Shown one piece after another: positions 1-13,670 of a stretch of 60,976 nucleotides of DNA. A program made the position numbers and the translations under genes. Within the stretch, counting starts at the first letter, position 1. Each line of letters starts with the position of its first letter. Source of the stretch: Girardia tigrina (Eukaryota); NCBI GenBank assembly GCA_001938485.1, contig MQRK01243220.1, positions 8,430 through 69,405 of the forward strand, written 5' to 3'. The notes beneath the pieces are model-generated. The model was not told the DNA's origin, did no database searches, and was given only the letters and a program-made list of their open reading frames with translations.

Positions 1-1311
1 TATTTAACTATTTTTAGTTATCATTTAGGAATTCAAATCTTTCGATTGATTTCGAATAACAGAAATGATAATAAAACCAAAATAACAAAGTTTTATTTTA
101 ATAAAAGCAAGTTTGATTTCAAAATAATTTTTGGTACGTAATAATTAATATTATTGATTTTTTTCATAAAGTTAAAATTTTCATAAAGTTAAATTATAGC
201 ATATGCGGTTTATGTAGAGCCGTAAATGTTTTAAAATATTGTATTGTCATCGGAAGCAAGCCTGTATAAAAAAATTCAGCTAAATTGGATGACTGAAAGT
301 GGTCGAAAAATCAATCGCAAGATTTGTTCCAGACAAGAAAGCAAGCTAATAAAAACGTGGTAAAAAATCATTAGCTAAAGAGATTTCAGGCGGCAAGTTA
401 ATGCCCCTAGCTTTTTTGTGCTCGTTTCATTTGGGAATTTCTATTCCTTAGTCTCGTGTTTATTTTTCATTAGATAGAGAGAGAGAGCAGGTTTCGTCAA
501 CTGTCGCCATGTTTTGCAGAAAAATATCTCCAAATTCTTTTAATATCATAAGCTGAGTCAGTTTTCACACATTTCACTTGCTAGAAAAAGCAAAATGAAC
601 CGTTGCTTTTCTCAGACCAATAAACTTTATTAATGAATTTAAACTTCCGTTACTCACATTCAGACTGTCACAGTTCTTAAAAGATGGAAAGTTTTAATCA
701 TTAGAGAAGTTTATGCTATTGAAACTGCAATAAAATCCGTCGACCCAATTTAGATGAGTTTGTAAAGTGGGAAGCTTACATTTTGACCAGACATGTAATT
801 TTTCATCAGCTTTTACGCTAAATAAATCTTTTTTTTAATTTTGTTAATATTTTTTATGACGAACATTCAATTTTCGAATTATAACCCGCGTAAAAGTCCG
901 TGGACAATTCATAAAATTCATTGTTTCGATACAGTAAATGCAAATTAAATTTCAATATTAATTTTATGTATTAATCAAATAAAGTAGTATTTAAGATTAA
1001 CTCAGATTACGAGACGTCTCTCCAATATATGTTGTGTTTTCACCCATTACACGACACTTGATACACCAGATTGGAACATAAACTCAAAGGAGTACGAGAT
1101 TTATTACTGAACATTCTTTGAATTTTGTAGGATGTAGAAATGATTTTTCAATTCAAATTTTTACTATCAATTAATTAGGTTTGCTATTTAGGTGTTGATC
1201 TCTGTCATCAACACATGAAGTTATTTATTTAAAATTCATTGTTAATATAATATAATATTTAATATAATGATTACATAAACATTGTTTTGATATATAAACG
1301 CGAGTATATCA

Positions 1312-1890
1312 TTATTTATTCAGTTTGATGATGACGGTTGACCCGTCGATATTAATAACAAATATTTTGACGAAAAGTTTTTTGATTTTTCTCCTTTTAT
1401 TCACATATTTATCTGTGCTGTAATATTCCGTGTCCGAGAAAGGTTCAGAGTGAATGAAGTCAATTCTTAGTTTGTGTCCAAACAACACCTTGTATGAGGA
1501 ATACTTAGTGGTGTTTTGCTTTGTTGTTCGTATTCCCATTTCTACGAATGATAGTGTTTCATTCCAGTTTTGAATTTTTCTTTCCTATAAATTCCTATTG
1601 AATTGTTCATGAGATTCTTCGTTGATCATTACTCATCGATCTATATGACAATGAAGATTCTCTTCGAATTCTCTACATATAAATGTAATGTTAAACTATA
1701 ATGTCCCAACAATCTTTTCCATTCACAATTATCGACCATCAAAAGCATGTTGGACTGCTAACTATTCTTCTCTCAGATCAACTAAGTTTGTTAATGATGC
1801 TCTTATTCGTTATGAATTTTCCATTGTCTAATGACCAATAACGAAAATAGAAAATATTTTCTTCTCAAAGTTCAACTTGACGCCACAGGG
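1312..1890 (-). mobile_element. Ty3/gypsy integrase C-terminal remnant
   Basis: Translates NWNETLSFVEMGIRTTKQNTTKYSSYKVLFG (gypsy IN C-terminal motif); PBS-like TGGCGTC on the minus strand near 1880-1886. Confidence 0.55.
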
Positions 1891-2859
1891 GGCTTTTTAT
1901 CGCAGCAAGCTCGAGGTGACGTAAAATCTTATCAGTGAGTTGGGAAACTGCTCCGGGGTTTAAGGTGATGAAAATTGGACTAGATTCGTGAAAAGTTTCA
2001 AATAAAAATAGAACGATTTACAAAGTTAAATTTAAAAAAAATCATTGTTTTCTGATGATGAGCTCAATGAAATATTAATTCATGTCAAAAGAGGAGATTC
2101 TGTACTTGACTAACCTGCTTATATTTATCTATAATTATACTTACATTAGATTGATAGCTGAATATATGAACTGTGTAGAACATATTTGAGAACTATCTCA
2201 TTTGATGATTATTTTCTACAGTTTTATCGTATTCCTCCGCGACCCCGGTATAAGCAGCTGAAATCAGTCTCTGTTTCTTCTGCCAATACATTGACATCAA
2301 TAATTTAGTTTATTATGATGTCTATTGGTAATCATCGCTACAAACGTATCTGCAAAATTGTCGCGCTAGTCGCTTACATTTCTACCGAGAGTCCATCAAA
2401 CAGAGGGTATTCACATTTATTTAATGTTATTTGCATAACGCAATTTCAACTTTTAATAAAACTTCGCAATAGAACATTCTTTATATACGTTTCATAATTA
2501 TATAAAGTTAAATAAAAAATTTAAATTGCGGTTTATAACTAACATGAGATAAATGTGAAAACCTCTGTTGTTTGAGCTGCATTTTTAGAGATGGGCGAAA
2601 GTTTTGGCCTTCTTTACATTGTTGAACCATATTAGAGATTCCAATTCGTTGTTCCAGATTTTCTTACATGGTGGAATGATAAAATCTTATAATCTATTAT
2701 TTGATCATGAAAATTACAGTTACAAGTAGGCATAGCTTCCGCAGACTGTGACGGATAACTGTGTATCACAAATAATACTCAGTATTGGCGCATAGGGTAG
2801 TCAGTCATAGGCTCTGTATCGGGTAGAAACCATTTGACAAATACAAAGTTTTCTGATCC

Positions 2860-3960
2860 TCTCACACGGCTTCAGATGCAAGAGTGAGACCTTTCAATGC
2901 ACGGGTGTGCTACAGCTTTGCTCTGAGAATTAACCAGTAATTTCCTTTGTTCCGTGATTCTGAAGATTTTTGGATGTATAAACACACTTACTGCAACCCG
3001 GAAATAGGCAATGAAACATTCCCCTATCCGTTAATATTAATATTATCCGGTCGAAAACTCAACACCACACTAGGGATTTTTCTTGGACAGTCCTCAGTTA
3101 AACCGACAGACACTGGCGTATCATGTTCCGTGTTGTCAGGTTCAAAGGTCCAGTGCATCTCTATGTTTCTGCTCTTTGTACTACCTGGGTATTCGTAGTA
3201 CCATTACCTTGGATTCGATGATCAATTAATTAATTTCATTGTAGCAATCCATCAGTTTTATAACTTTTGTAGTAGTTCTCCATGAGAATGAACCACCATC
3301 TCTCTGTGTCGTCGGCACCATGGCATATTTTTAATATTTCTTGAGAGTTCCTTATGCTCAACAAATTCTTTGAAGCTTGAAGAACTATGAAAATTATTCG
3401 CTTGATACGTGGCTTAAGCATTTTCAGATATTCTTCCTCGAGATCGACTAACTCTTTCAGTCTTTCAGATATGATTCCTTTAATCAGGTGTTTAAATTCC
3501 TCATCGTTGTCGAGAAGTCTTCTTTCGTTTAGTCTCTTCCTGTATTTTTTCAAATCTGCCGGATCGTTGAATATCCAGAGCACATGGCGAGCAATACGCT
3601 CTCTCATTAGTTGTCATTTACGTCCGTTGATTCTGTGATTTTCTGAGGCGATATAATAATTTATAACTCTTCGAACCTCAGTCATAATCTTTCGTGAATC
3701 GTATTCATGGAATCCTATGCACCTTTTGGTCACAATTACTCTTTCCCCAGTCAATCCAATCGTCATGTCCTTATTCGGGATTCTAACAAGTATGGTCTTC
3801 TTGAAAGTCGTCCTCGTGCAGCAATTATGGAAAGCTTGTAACCGTGTAACGTCCTTCTCAGACCTTGTCCAACACTCACTATCATAAAAGTTACTCTTCA
3901 ATACTATTATAATGCGGTGACTCTGAATTGCTAGTTGCAATTCATTAAGCTTACGTATTT
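2860..3960 (-). mobile_element. RTE-like LINE, 3' part of ORF2 (post-RT region plus C2H2 fingers), degenerate
   Basis: YDSECWTRSEKDVTRLQAFHNCCTRT is the typical post-RT LINE motif; FHCLFPGCSKCVYTSKNLQNH near 2950-3015; homologous to 51650-52680. Confidence 0.75.
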
Positions 3961-4074
3961 TTTGTCGTATTCGTTGACTAGTATCCCGGTTGCAACTACC
4001 ACTAGTGGTCAATGTACTGAATTCTGTACTGAAGTTGTAAAGAAGAATGTTTTGAATATCTCTGGAAAAAGATA

Positions 4075-5393
4075 TATGGGCTGTTTAATAAGTTCCCGGA
4101 ATTGTTTAAAAAAACTGACTTCTATGAACAAATTCCAAACAATTCTATATTATATTTAAACTACATAATTTCCATGATTAATTACAAACTAGTTTGCAAT
4201 GTTCATACAATGATAACCATTCTTGACGAAACTTCTCTTCAGGGAGACCGCGGAGCACCTGCACCGCTCTTCCTTTCACCTCATCACCGTCCACGAATTT
4301 CTGCCCTCGAAATGAATGTTTCAGGTGCTTGAACACCCATCGATCACACTGATTCATGTCAGGGCTATATGGACTTTGTTTGATGATTGTCACTCCACGA
4401 TGATGAAAGAATTCCATTGTTTCTTTTGATGTGTGAGGGTGTGCGTTATCGTGTTGCCACAACAATTCCGTGAGCTTTTTGTGATGTCTGCAAACATGGC
4501 GCCATTTTTCCCCAGTTAAAAGAACAAATTCCACATAACGCTCTGCGTTAATAGTCTCTCCAGGAGAGCAAATGTCAGTACTTATCTTTTGATCACCAGT
4601 GAATGCCAGCAAGAGAAGAGTTTTCTTGTTTGTTAGCTTCGGGTGGACAACAGTGAGTTTTGGTTGTGTGGGATGACGCCATGTCTAATTCTGCTGTTTT
4701 GTCAGTGCTGTTTCATACAGAAACCAACTCTCATCCTCTGTTGCCCAATGGTGTAACAGATAATCGATGGAATGGTTTTTAAATAAGGTGATGACGCTTT
4801 GTGCACACAAAATCCTGTCCCGTTTGTTTGCTTCTGAGAGGTGATGTTTAATCCATGTCGAACAAATCTTTCGCAATTCCAGCTGATTTGTGAAAATCTG
4901 TCTAACAGTGTCTTTAGACAGGCCAGTCGATTCACTCACTGCTCTAAGAGATGTCCTTGGTTCTTCATCCACAATCGTTTTGATAATCTGCACATTTTCA
5001 GCAGTTGAAGATATGGTTGGGCGGCCGCATCTTGGATCATCACAAGGGATTGTCTTCCCTCTTTAAATCGTTTGTACCACTCGAATACAGTTGTCTGTGA
5101 AAGAACATCAAGGTTAGTATCTTGCAGCTGCTTATATATTTCACTTGGTTTACGTCACCGTAGCATTTCTAAGTAAATGTATGCACGAAAATGTTCTTTC
5201 TGTAAATCCATAACGTGTCAACGGTGCATCTTACACTGTGTTAGTAGCAATAATGGGCTGTCACAATGAGAAGAGAGTGGATAAGTGTGTGACTATATGA
5301 TTGGTGGCTTCATTTTAATACAATATTTACGTGTATACATGTATACATGTGTGTGTGCATGACATATTCCGGGAACTTATTAGACAGCCTAAG
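4075..5393 (-). mobile_element. Full-length mariner element, transposase pseudogene (D,D34D)
   Basis: TIRs GGCTGT(T/C)TAATAAGTTCCCGGAAT at both ends, flanked by TA; about 1.3 kb; ATG at 5211; motifs WATEDESW, WQHDNAHPH, YSPDMNQCD; internal stop and frameshifts. Confidence 0.92.
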
Positions 5394-5779
5394 TACATTA
5401 ATAATTTGCATCTGTTTATAACTATTTACTATTGCTGAGAAATAATTTACGATTATGAAGATTGAAAACGAAATTCTTGAAGTATAGAAACTTGTCATAA
5501 TTATTATACATGATTAAATATTTTATTAAACTTTGTGAGCAACAGATGAAAAAGCATTAAACATATTTCAAACTCTTGTCACGCTATGAACAAGTTGTGT
5601 TTCTAATGAAGATGTATCGAAACACTCTGGCTATAAAAAAGGAAAATTAATCATTGTCATCAGGAAAAGATAATTTAAATTCTATGGCTACATTGTGAGA
5701 AAAGAAAGATAAGGAAATATAATCACCACTGAAAAGATTGTTGGCAGGAGACAGAGCGGTAGACTAACATATTTGAAAA

Positions 5780-6620
5780 GCTTATTCTTCATAGTAAACG
5801 TTTCCACGGTGCAATTACTTCAAAATATTGTTATCATGCAGAAGAATTGACAGATTTTTATTGAGTAATGCCAGCCGTTGTTATTGTAGTTCTTGGTGCA
5901 TTTTGTCAATTTGCTGATAATAATTTTCCGCTCTAATTGTTTCAGCTTGTTTTAGGAAACTGTAATGAATTAAGCAGTGTACGGACTACCAAACAGTTAC
6001 CATGACTTTTTTGGTGTAATTTTGGCTTCGGGAAAAGCTTTGGAGCCTCATTGAAATCCAACCACTGAGCTGAACGTCACCGGTTGTCGTATAGGATACA
6101 TTTTTCATTGCACGTTACAATTTGATCCAGAAACGGCTCACTTTGATTACGCAAAAGTAGACAACAACACATGTTAAAAAGACGATTTTTTGATTTTCGT
6201 TTAATTCGTGTGGCACCCACTTGTCTAGCTTTGCACTTTCCCGATTTTCTTCAGATGGTGAACAACCGTTGATTGGTGAATGTTGGGTTCTTGAGCGACT
6301 TCCCGTGAATTATTATGCTGGTCGGCATTGATTAACTTCTTCAAATGATTGTCATCAACTTGTGATAGTCGACTACCATGTTCTTCATCTTCAAGGCTCT
6401 CGTTGCCACTACGAAACTTAGAAAACCAACGTTGTACTGTTCGTAAATTACTGGCATGTTGTCCAAATACATTGTTGAAATTTCCATTGAAATCATGGAA
6501 TAAAATTGTTCTCATTTCCTATTTTTCTAACTTTTATAAAATAATATAAATACGCCTTAAATTAATAACAATAACGTCATACTTGGTATCAAAATATAGA
6601 GTAAAGTTTAAGATTTAAAG
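5780..6620 (-). mobile_element. Second mariner family, degenerate fragment
   Basis: RTVQRWFSKFRSGNESLEDEEHGSR HTH region (ORF 6225-6515); degraded downstream coding sequence. Confidence 0.8.
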
Positions 6621-6629
6621 TAAATTTAA

Positions 6630-7502
6630 TGTTGGGGTAATGTAATAATGTAATAATAATGTAAATATGAACTTTTTATTTACTTATTCTTATTTTGAAT
6701 TTGAAATTTTTATTTATTTATTTTTATGTTTTTGTGAAATTTCGTTTGTGATGCATGCTTTGTTTTTATTATTATTTATATATTATTTATCAAAATATAA
6801 ACCTTAATTTATATATTTATTATTTATAATTTTATAAATAAATTAATTTTAATATGATTTATTATTTAAAATTATTATTATTGAACCTTAAAATTATTAT
6901 TTGAACTTTAAAATTATTATTATTATATTTAACGTGTTTTGTCACGCACTGCGCTTGCATTCAAACCATAAGCCACGCATCTCTCACGCGTAACCTTTGA
7001 CCATTTTGTCACGCATCCGTTGCGTCAATTGTTTACCACGAACTATATAAACACCAGTTTAGACTGAGTTAAGACGAACAAGCTTATTCCTTTGACAGGT
7101 AATATTATCCTTTTTTAGGACGAACAAGCTTATTCCTTTGACAGGCACAACTTATTCCTTGTACAGTGACGAAATTATTCAGCGAAGCTCCAGATCATTT
7201 GAAATAAGCCTCGGATTGTTCTACGTGACGAAATTATTTGGCGAAGCTTCCGATCATTTGAGATTAAGCCTCAGTTCCGTGACCAGTTCGATTGTGTGGA
7301 TAATTACTATAATTCTTCGAACAGAGCGTCGTTTAGTAAAAGGTTAAATTAAGTTTTCTTTACTCGAAATAGTTTCTCTTTTAAATTAATATATTTAAAA
7401 TCAATAATCTTCTATAATTATATTAAAGTATTAATTTTTAATTACCACTTAAACTTCTGGTAACTGGAGAACGGTGTTTCCCAGTTCCATAATATCCTCG
7501 CA
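6630..7502. mobile_element. LTR-like segment with TATA box and internal direct repeats
   Basis: Starts TGTTGGGG and ends CCTCGCA; TATATAAA near 7046; 27-bp repeat at 7073/7119; about 47-bp repeat at 7166/7225; no clear TSD. Confidence 0.4.
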
Positions 7503-7820
7503 TCACACACGTAGGATATTTGTTATATTTTCTTGTCATTAACGTGAAAATTGTAAATTGTTGTAAACAGCTTAATAAATATTTTTAAAAAGAAAAAAGT
7601 CTGACGTTATTTATTCATTGATTAAAGTTGTTAATTGATTTAAAGATTTTAAAGAGTCAATTTTCATTTTTAAATTTTAATTTATAGAACTCGGATTGCA
7701 GGAGATTTATTTATTTCTCCTTTGTTACGACGTTTGGGGAATATAAAATTGACCCTTGAGCGTAACATTAAATATGAATTTATTTATTAATGAATTTCTA
7801 AATATTTAAAACAATGAACA

Positions 7821-8040
7821 TTAAATAACTGCTTTCCAATTAAGTTTACCAAGTACCATCGTCATCAGTTTTTGGAATGTTGACGGGACTGCTGCGATCG
7901 CAAAAGGCATTCGAGTAAAAGAAAATTGTTCCGATCTTGTGGAGAATGCTGTCCTTTGCTGAGTTCCACTTGGTAGTATGCATTTCCAAGATATATAGTG
8001 CTGAAATATTTTGCACACAATAGTTATTGTAAAATCCCTA
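7821..8040 (-). mobile_element. Gypsy RT fragment
   Basis: RTAFST..FTRMPFAIAAVPSTFQKLM. Confidence 0.75.
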
Positions 8041-8998
8041 CAATGTTCTGATTATCCAAAGAGAACGTTTGTCATTTATTATTCTCGTGTTAGCCGTAGT
8101 GTTTGATTGGTGGGTTCGGAACGCTACTTATTGATGTACATGTATGGGTAATGATTTGATCCCTTTATGTCTTGTATGAATTGTATTTTGAATTAATGTT
8201 TTTTTTATATATTGTTGATTTTTTCTTGTTGACGTTTAATAAGAAAGTAACAATTTGATCGTCAAGGAACTTTGTGACTGGTCTTATCATCTTTTCGAGG
8301 AGTTCTGCCTACATGATTTAAGACGAAAAACCTACAATATTTTGATAATCAGGAACAACAACCTCCGATTTCTAAAATGACAAACAATGTATTTCAGTCT
8401 TCGTTATCGATTTCGTCTTATAAAATGACTCAAAAAGAAAATTAAAAAGAAGAAAAGAATTCAAATAAAATCACATTCGGAATTGTTTAATCTTGGAGTT
8501 TTTTGCTTATTATCATTATAAAATGATTGTATTGCATTATAAAATTAAAAAAAAATTCAATACAGAAATTGACCAAGATCAAAAATAATAATTACTTACC
8601 GTTATATGTTAAAGGACATTAACTGTTATTTCCTGGACTTTTGTCATTGTGAATAAATTTATTATTTTTCAAGGTGATTTATTTTTTGTTGTTCTTTCAT
8701 TGCTTGGGTTTTTTTGACGGTTTATTAACGGTTCGACGTTATTAGTTTTTATAATTTTTTTGTTAGTAGAAACAAATATTCTTAGGCTCACACGAATATC
8801 TGATTCTACAGTTATAATTTATTATACTTAAATTAACTTAAATTATATATCAATATTTATGTTTCAAATAGGATATCTGGTGATGCAAAATATTGTTCCG
8901 GTGAAATATTGTTCCGCAAAAATTTTCTTAAAAAATCATTATTTGTTAGAAATAAAATTTAGTGCTAATGAATTCTAATCTTGACCAAGAACCCAACA

Positions 8999-9170
8999 CA
9001 CCGATATTAGATAATCATGGTTTTGAAAATGAGTTCATATTGGATACAGACACCAGCTTTGACATCATTGACGCGGTGCTATCACAGAAAGACATATATG
9101 GAAGAAAAAGAATGATTGAATATGGATATCACAAAATGAACAAAGACAAGGTTGGATATTGTATTACAAA
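8999..9170 (+). mobile_element. Gypsy RNase H fragment
   Basis: FILDTDTSFDIIDAVLSQKD, homologous to 33520-33650. Confidence 0.8.
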
Positions 9171-10017
9171 AAACTCACACTATTCTAAATTTCAAATTAA
9201 ATCATAATGCATTTTTTAATGCATTTAATTATTTTTTTTATAATTCATTTAAGAAATTTCTACTTAATTTAGATTTAAAAGCTACATTTAATTATTTAAT
9301 TTTTACTTTATTAAATTATTTATTTAATTAATTATATAAACGTATTTATTTATTCAATTTATTTGCATTATTTTCAAAACTGGCAAAATAAGTTTTAATA
9401 ATTTTAGCTTAAACTTTTTTATTTAAAGAAAATTAATAATTTCCTTTTAATACTTTAACTCTTGAAATATAATTTATTGCAATTTAAAATATAGATCGCA
9501 CTGGAACATTCAAAACACCAATTTCTCATATTCGTGAAAGAAACACATTTCTAAATTCAACATACCAAATTTAAAATATTTCTTACAATGATTTTCGAAA
9601 AACAGTGAAATTCACAAGGTGTTCCCTTTTATCATTTAAAATTCTAATGATTACTAACAATAATGTTTATTATATTAATATTAGTAATATAATTAAATTA
9701 CTTATTTAATAAAATATACACTCATTTGTTTTAGTCTGTCAATTATTTTGTCTTGTTGTTATAATTAAATTTGATATTTAAATTATTTACGGTAATTATA
9801 TTTTTATCAATAACTCAATACTTCTGAGTAAAATACTAATTATTATTATTATTTAATTATAACAATAATAATAAATAATAGTAATAAAGATGATTTTAAT
9901 TATAACAGAATAAATTTTATTCTATTATTATTTAATCATTATTCTAAAATTAACTCACTCTCATTTTTATGTAAGTTAAAGAAAGATTTGTAAGTTTTGA
10001 AAGAGTTGGTGGAAGAC

Positions 10018-13000
10018 ATGGAAGATACAAAAGTTTGTCATTAATATTTTTTGATAAGGTAAAATATAATTTATAAATGATATAATTAAGGATCAGAAAC
10101 TATTGTACAATCTTTGTGTGAATGGAGATTTGAAATCTATAAAGTTGTTGACTGAAGCAGGAAGTCTTTTAGAACATACATATGAAAAGGTTAGTGGAGA
10201 TTGATAAATCTATTTAAATGCCATTCTTATAGGATAAGAAGAAGAGACCTATCCATCTCACAGTTGAGAATAAACAATTTGAATGTGCTGCAGATTTAAT
10301 CAACCAAGGATGTAATATTGAATCTGAAGATGAATGCGTAAATATTTAAAAAATGTGATGTAATTAAATCTAATAATATAAAATCAGGGTATGAGACCAA
10401 TTCATTATGCCTGTTCGAAGGGGGACGAAAAGATTGTTAAATTATTGATTGAGAATAAATGTGAAATTGATTGTAGAACAAAAGACGTAAAAATCAATCG
10501 ATTTTAAGTATGATAAATTTGTGTCAATTCAGATGAATCAACCAATTCATTTTGCTTGCTTGGATGGACATATTAATATTGTTAAAATATTATTGGAAAG
10601 CAATTGCGAAGTTTACGAAAAAAATAACAACGTAATGATAATTTAATTTATTTTTGCTTACCGTAATAATAAATGACAACCTCAGTAACAATCTGGCCAA
10701 GAAGAATATATTTAATGCTAATTCACTTGTAATTCTCCGACTTTACTGAATGTTGGAACTATTGCAAATGTGACATTATATTTATTAGCCCGAGATTCAC
10801 ACAAAGAAAATGAAACATGGTTGTATCTCCACGACTCAAAACATTTTTTTTGTGAATCTCAATACAGATAAAATATTATTAGGTCATCGATCTTGGTCAT
10901 TTTCATCAACTTATACAAGAAATTGTGATATTATTAATCGATTAACCAAATTTTTGAATAAAAATGTTACTCAAAATCAATTGTTGAGAAAATGACCAAA
11001 GAAATAATTTGTAAATTAATTAATAAGCCGATTAAACCTGCTAGTAATATGGAAGAACCACCGATTTAAAAATATGTTTTGAGTATTACATATTCCGAAT
11101 GATTTGGTAAATTTAATAGTTCAATTTTGAAATGTGTAAATAGTACTTTTAATTTAAAAATTATATCACAAACATATAAAATCAAATTTGTATTTTGTAA
11201 TAAATGTCCAACTCTATTTGTTCTGCGTTTGGATCTCGTATATCAATTAACATATAATAAGTCATGTGATAATAAGCATGTTGATTTTTTATGTTGAGTT
11301 TAGTACAGTAGATATTGTCTATATCAGTGGCCTTCAACCTTTTTTAGACTAATGCCCACTTTTGCTTCATTCTCATCTATAATAAAAAACTACCGCCCAC
11401 CAAAACTTGAAAAACTATTAGATCCAAATACCATTTATTGACAAAAGATAATGCAATATCTACAAAACTAGTATAGTAGTTGAAAGAGTTAATGAGATCC
11501 CCGTGCTTGGTGTTTCGATGCCAAGGACTTAATGTCTGCTTTCAGGTGTGTGAGATGCAGTCTCAAATCGCCCCTTTTAGCAATATCTAGATTGTATCTT
11601 TGCTTGGTGAGAAGATTAGTCATAAACTTTATTCATAAACTTGTAAAAAAAAACAACTTTTGTTATATATAATATTGATATATACTATAAAATGTTAACT
11701 ATGCAATAAGTTGAAACAATGAATGCAATACGTTGACATTATGGATGTAATACGTTGACATGATAGATGCAAGACGATATCTCCTTGGATACGACCATGT
11801 TTTGAATGGTTGATACGATATTGGTTGATAACTTAGTATAATATCATAATATAATACATACCTATAATATAATATTAGCAAACATAATGTGCATACGTTT
11901 GAAAAATTACTAGGCGCACTAGGCATCGATTTTTTCAAAAATCTAAGATCATATTCTGACTATTCATATGTGAGTTACTATCCATGTGTTCAAACCGATT
12001 TTTGATATTTTGCCTCCTTGAACTTGCACACCCTTTGAGAGTTCTGTCCCACTTTAAACTATAAAACACAACATCTCAATAAAGCACTATGTATTGATTT
12101 TATCGAGAATCTAAGATCATATTCCACCTATTTATCTATCTATCTATGTTCAGACAGATTTTCGATATTTTGCTTGCTTCGCCCTTAATACCATATGGGC
12201 ATTCTGCCCCACTTTAAACTATATTATATTAAAACATGAATATATTGCACTTTGTGCAATTATGAACTTATTGATTTTGAACACTTAAACATGTGAAGTA
12301 TTGGTTTGCATATGTGCAGATGAGTGACAAGAATGTCCGGAACGGGAAGTTTATTATCTACTTCCAATTCTGGGGTAAATTTAATATTCGGATGAAGACC
12401 ATTCATGAATGTTAGGAATGGTTCTATGAGGGATTGATTTCTGAAAACCAAAAAGACATCATCCACATATCTCTTGTACAACACAGGTTTTTCACCAGGA
12501 TATGCATTCATTTTATCCTCAAGCGACTTCATAAATATTGATGCCAAAGTTGGTGCTAATGGTGCTAATTTTTTCGTTACCTTTTAAAGTAAATTATATT
12601 TATTAAAATTGTGAAAAATTGTATTATTCAAACAATTCAATAGAAAATTGCTGATGATGATGTATATAAACATCGAAACATGTNNNNNNNNNNNNNNNNN
12701 NNNNNNNNNNNNNNNNNNNNNNNNNNNNNNNNNNNNNNNNNNNNNNNNNNNNNNNNNNNNNNNNNNNNNNNNNNNNNNNNNNNNNNNNNNNNNNNNNNNN
12801 NNNNNNNNNNNNNNNNNNNNNNNNNNNNNNNNNNNNNNNNNNNNNNNNNNNNNNNNNNNNNNNNNNNNNNNNNNNNNNNNNNNNNNNNNNNNNNNNNNNN
12901 NNNNNNNNNNNNNNNNNNNNNNNNNNNNNNNNNNNNNNNNNNNNNNNNNNNNNNNNNNNNNNNNNNNNNNNNNNNNNNNNNNNNNNNNNNNNNNNNNNNN

Positions 13001-13630
13001 NNNNNNNNNNNNNNNNNNNNNNNNNNNNNNNNNNNNNNNNNNNNNNNNNNNNNNNNNNNNNNNNNNNNNNNNNNNNNNNNNNNNNNNNNNNNNNNNNNNN
13101 NNNNNNNNNNNNNNNNNNNNNNNNNNNNNNNNNNNNNNNNNNNNNNNNNNNNNNNNNNNNNNNNNNNNNNNNNNNNNNNNNNNNNNNNNNNNNNNNNNNN
13201 NNNNNNNNNNNNNNNNNNNNNNNNNNNNNNNNNNNNNNNNNNNNNNNNNNNNNNNNNNNNNNNNNNNNNNNNNNNNNNNNNNNNNNNNNNNNNNNNNNNN
13301 NNNNNNNNNNNNNNNNNNNNNNNNNNNNNNNNNNNNNNNNNNNNNNNNNNNNNNNNNNNNNNNNNNNNNNNNNNNNNNNNNNNNNNNNNNNNNNNNNNNN
13401 NNNNNNNNNNNNNNNNNNNNNNNNNNNNNNNNNNNNNNNNNNNNNNNNNNNNNNNNNNNNNATATATATATATATATATATATATAATTCAACGTAATAA
13501 ATATATACAGTATGGGCGCCTTGCACAAACAGTCTATTATTGAAGGAATAAATTATGTAATTTAGATTTTCAAACATTAATTAAATGAAAAAAATTGTTC
13601 AACGGGCTACTTTCAAAACCTTGTCGGTCG

Positions 13631-13670
<40 letters not shown>

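Noticed and set aside
1000-2700. Scattered exon-like pieces near 1008-1150 and 2050-2650
   Set aside because: Could not assemble a consistent spliced frame or recognise a product
2947-3198. Plus-strand ORF with a hydrophobic, GPI-signal-like tail, echoed at 52355-52617
   Set aside because: It is the antisense shadow of the LINE zinc-finger coding region
3236-3607. 123-aa ORF as a novel LINE accessory gene
   Set aside because: Comparison with 51938-52335 shows it is the frameshifted ORF2 C-terminus
12584-13577. Four ORFs of about 300 aa
   Set aside because: Artefacts of translating through the N gap and (TA)n
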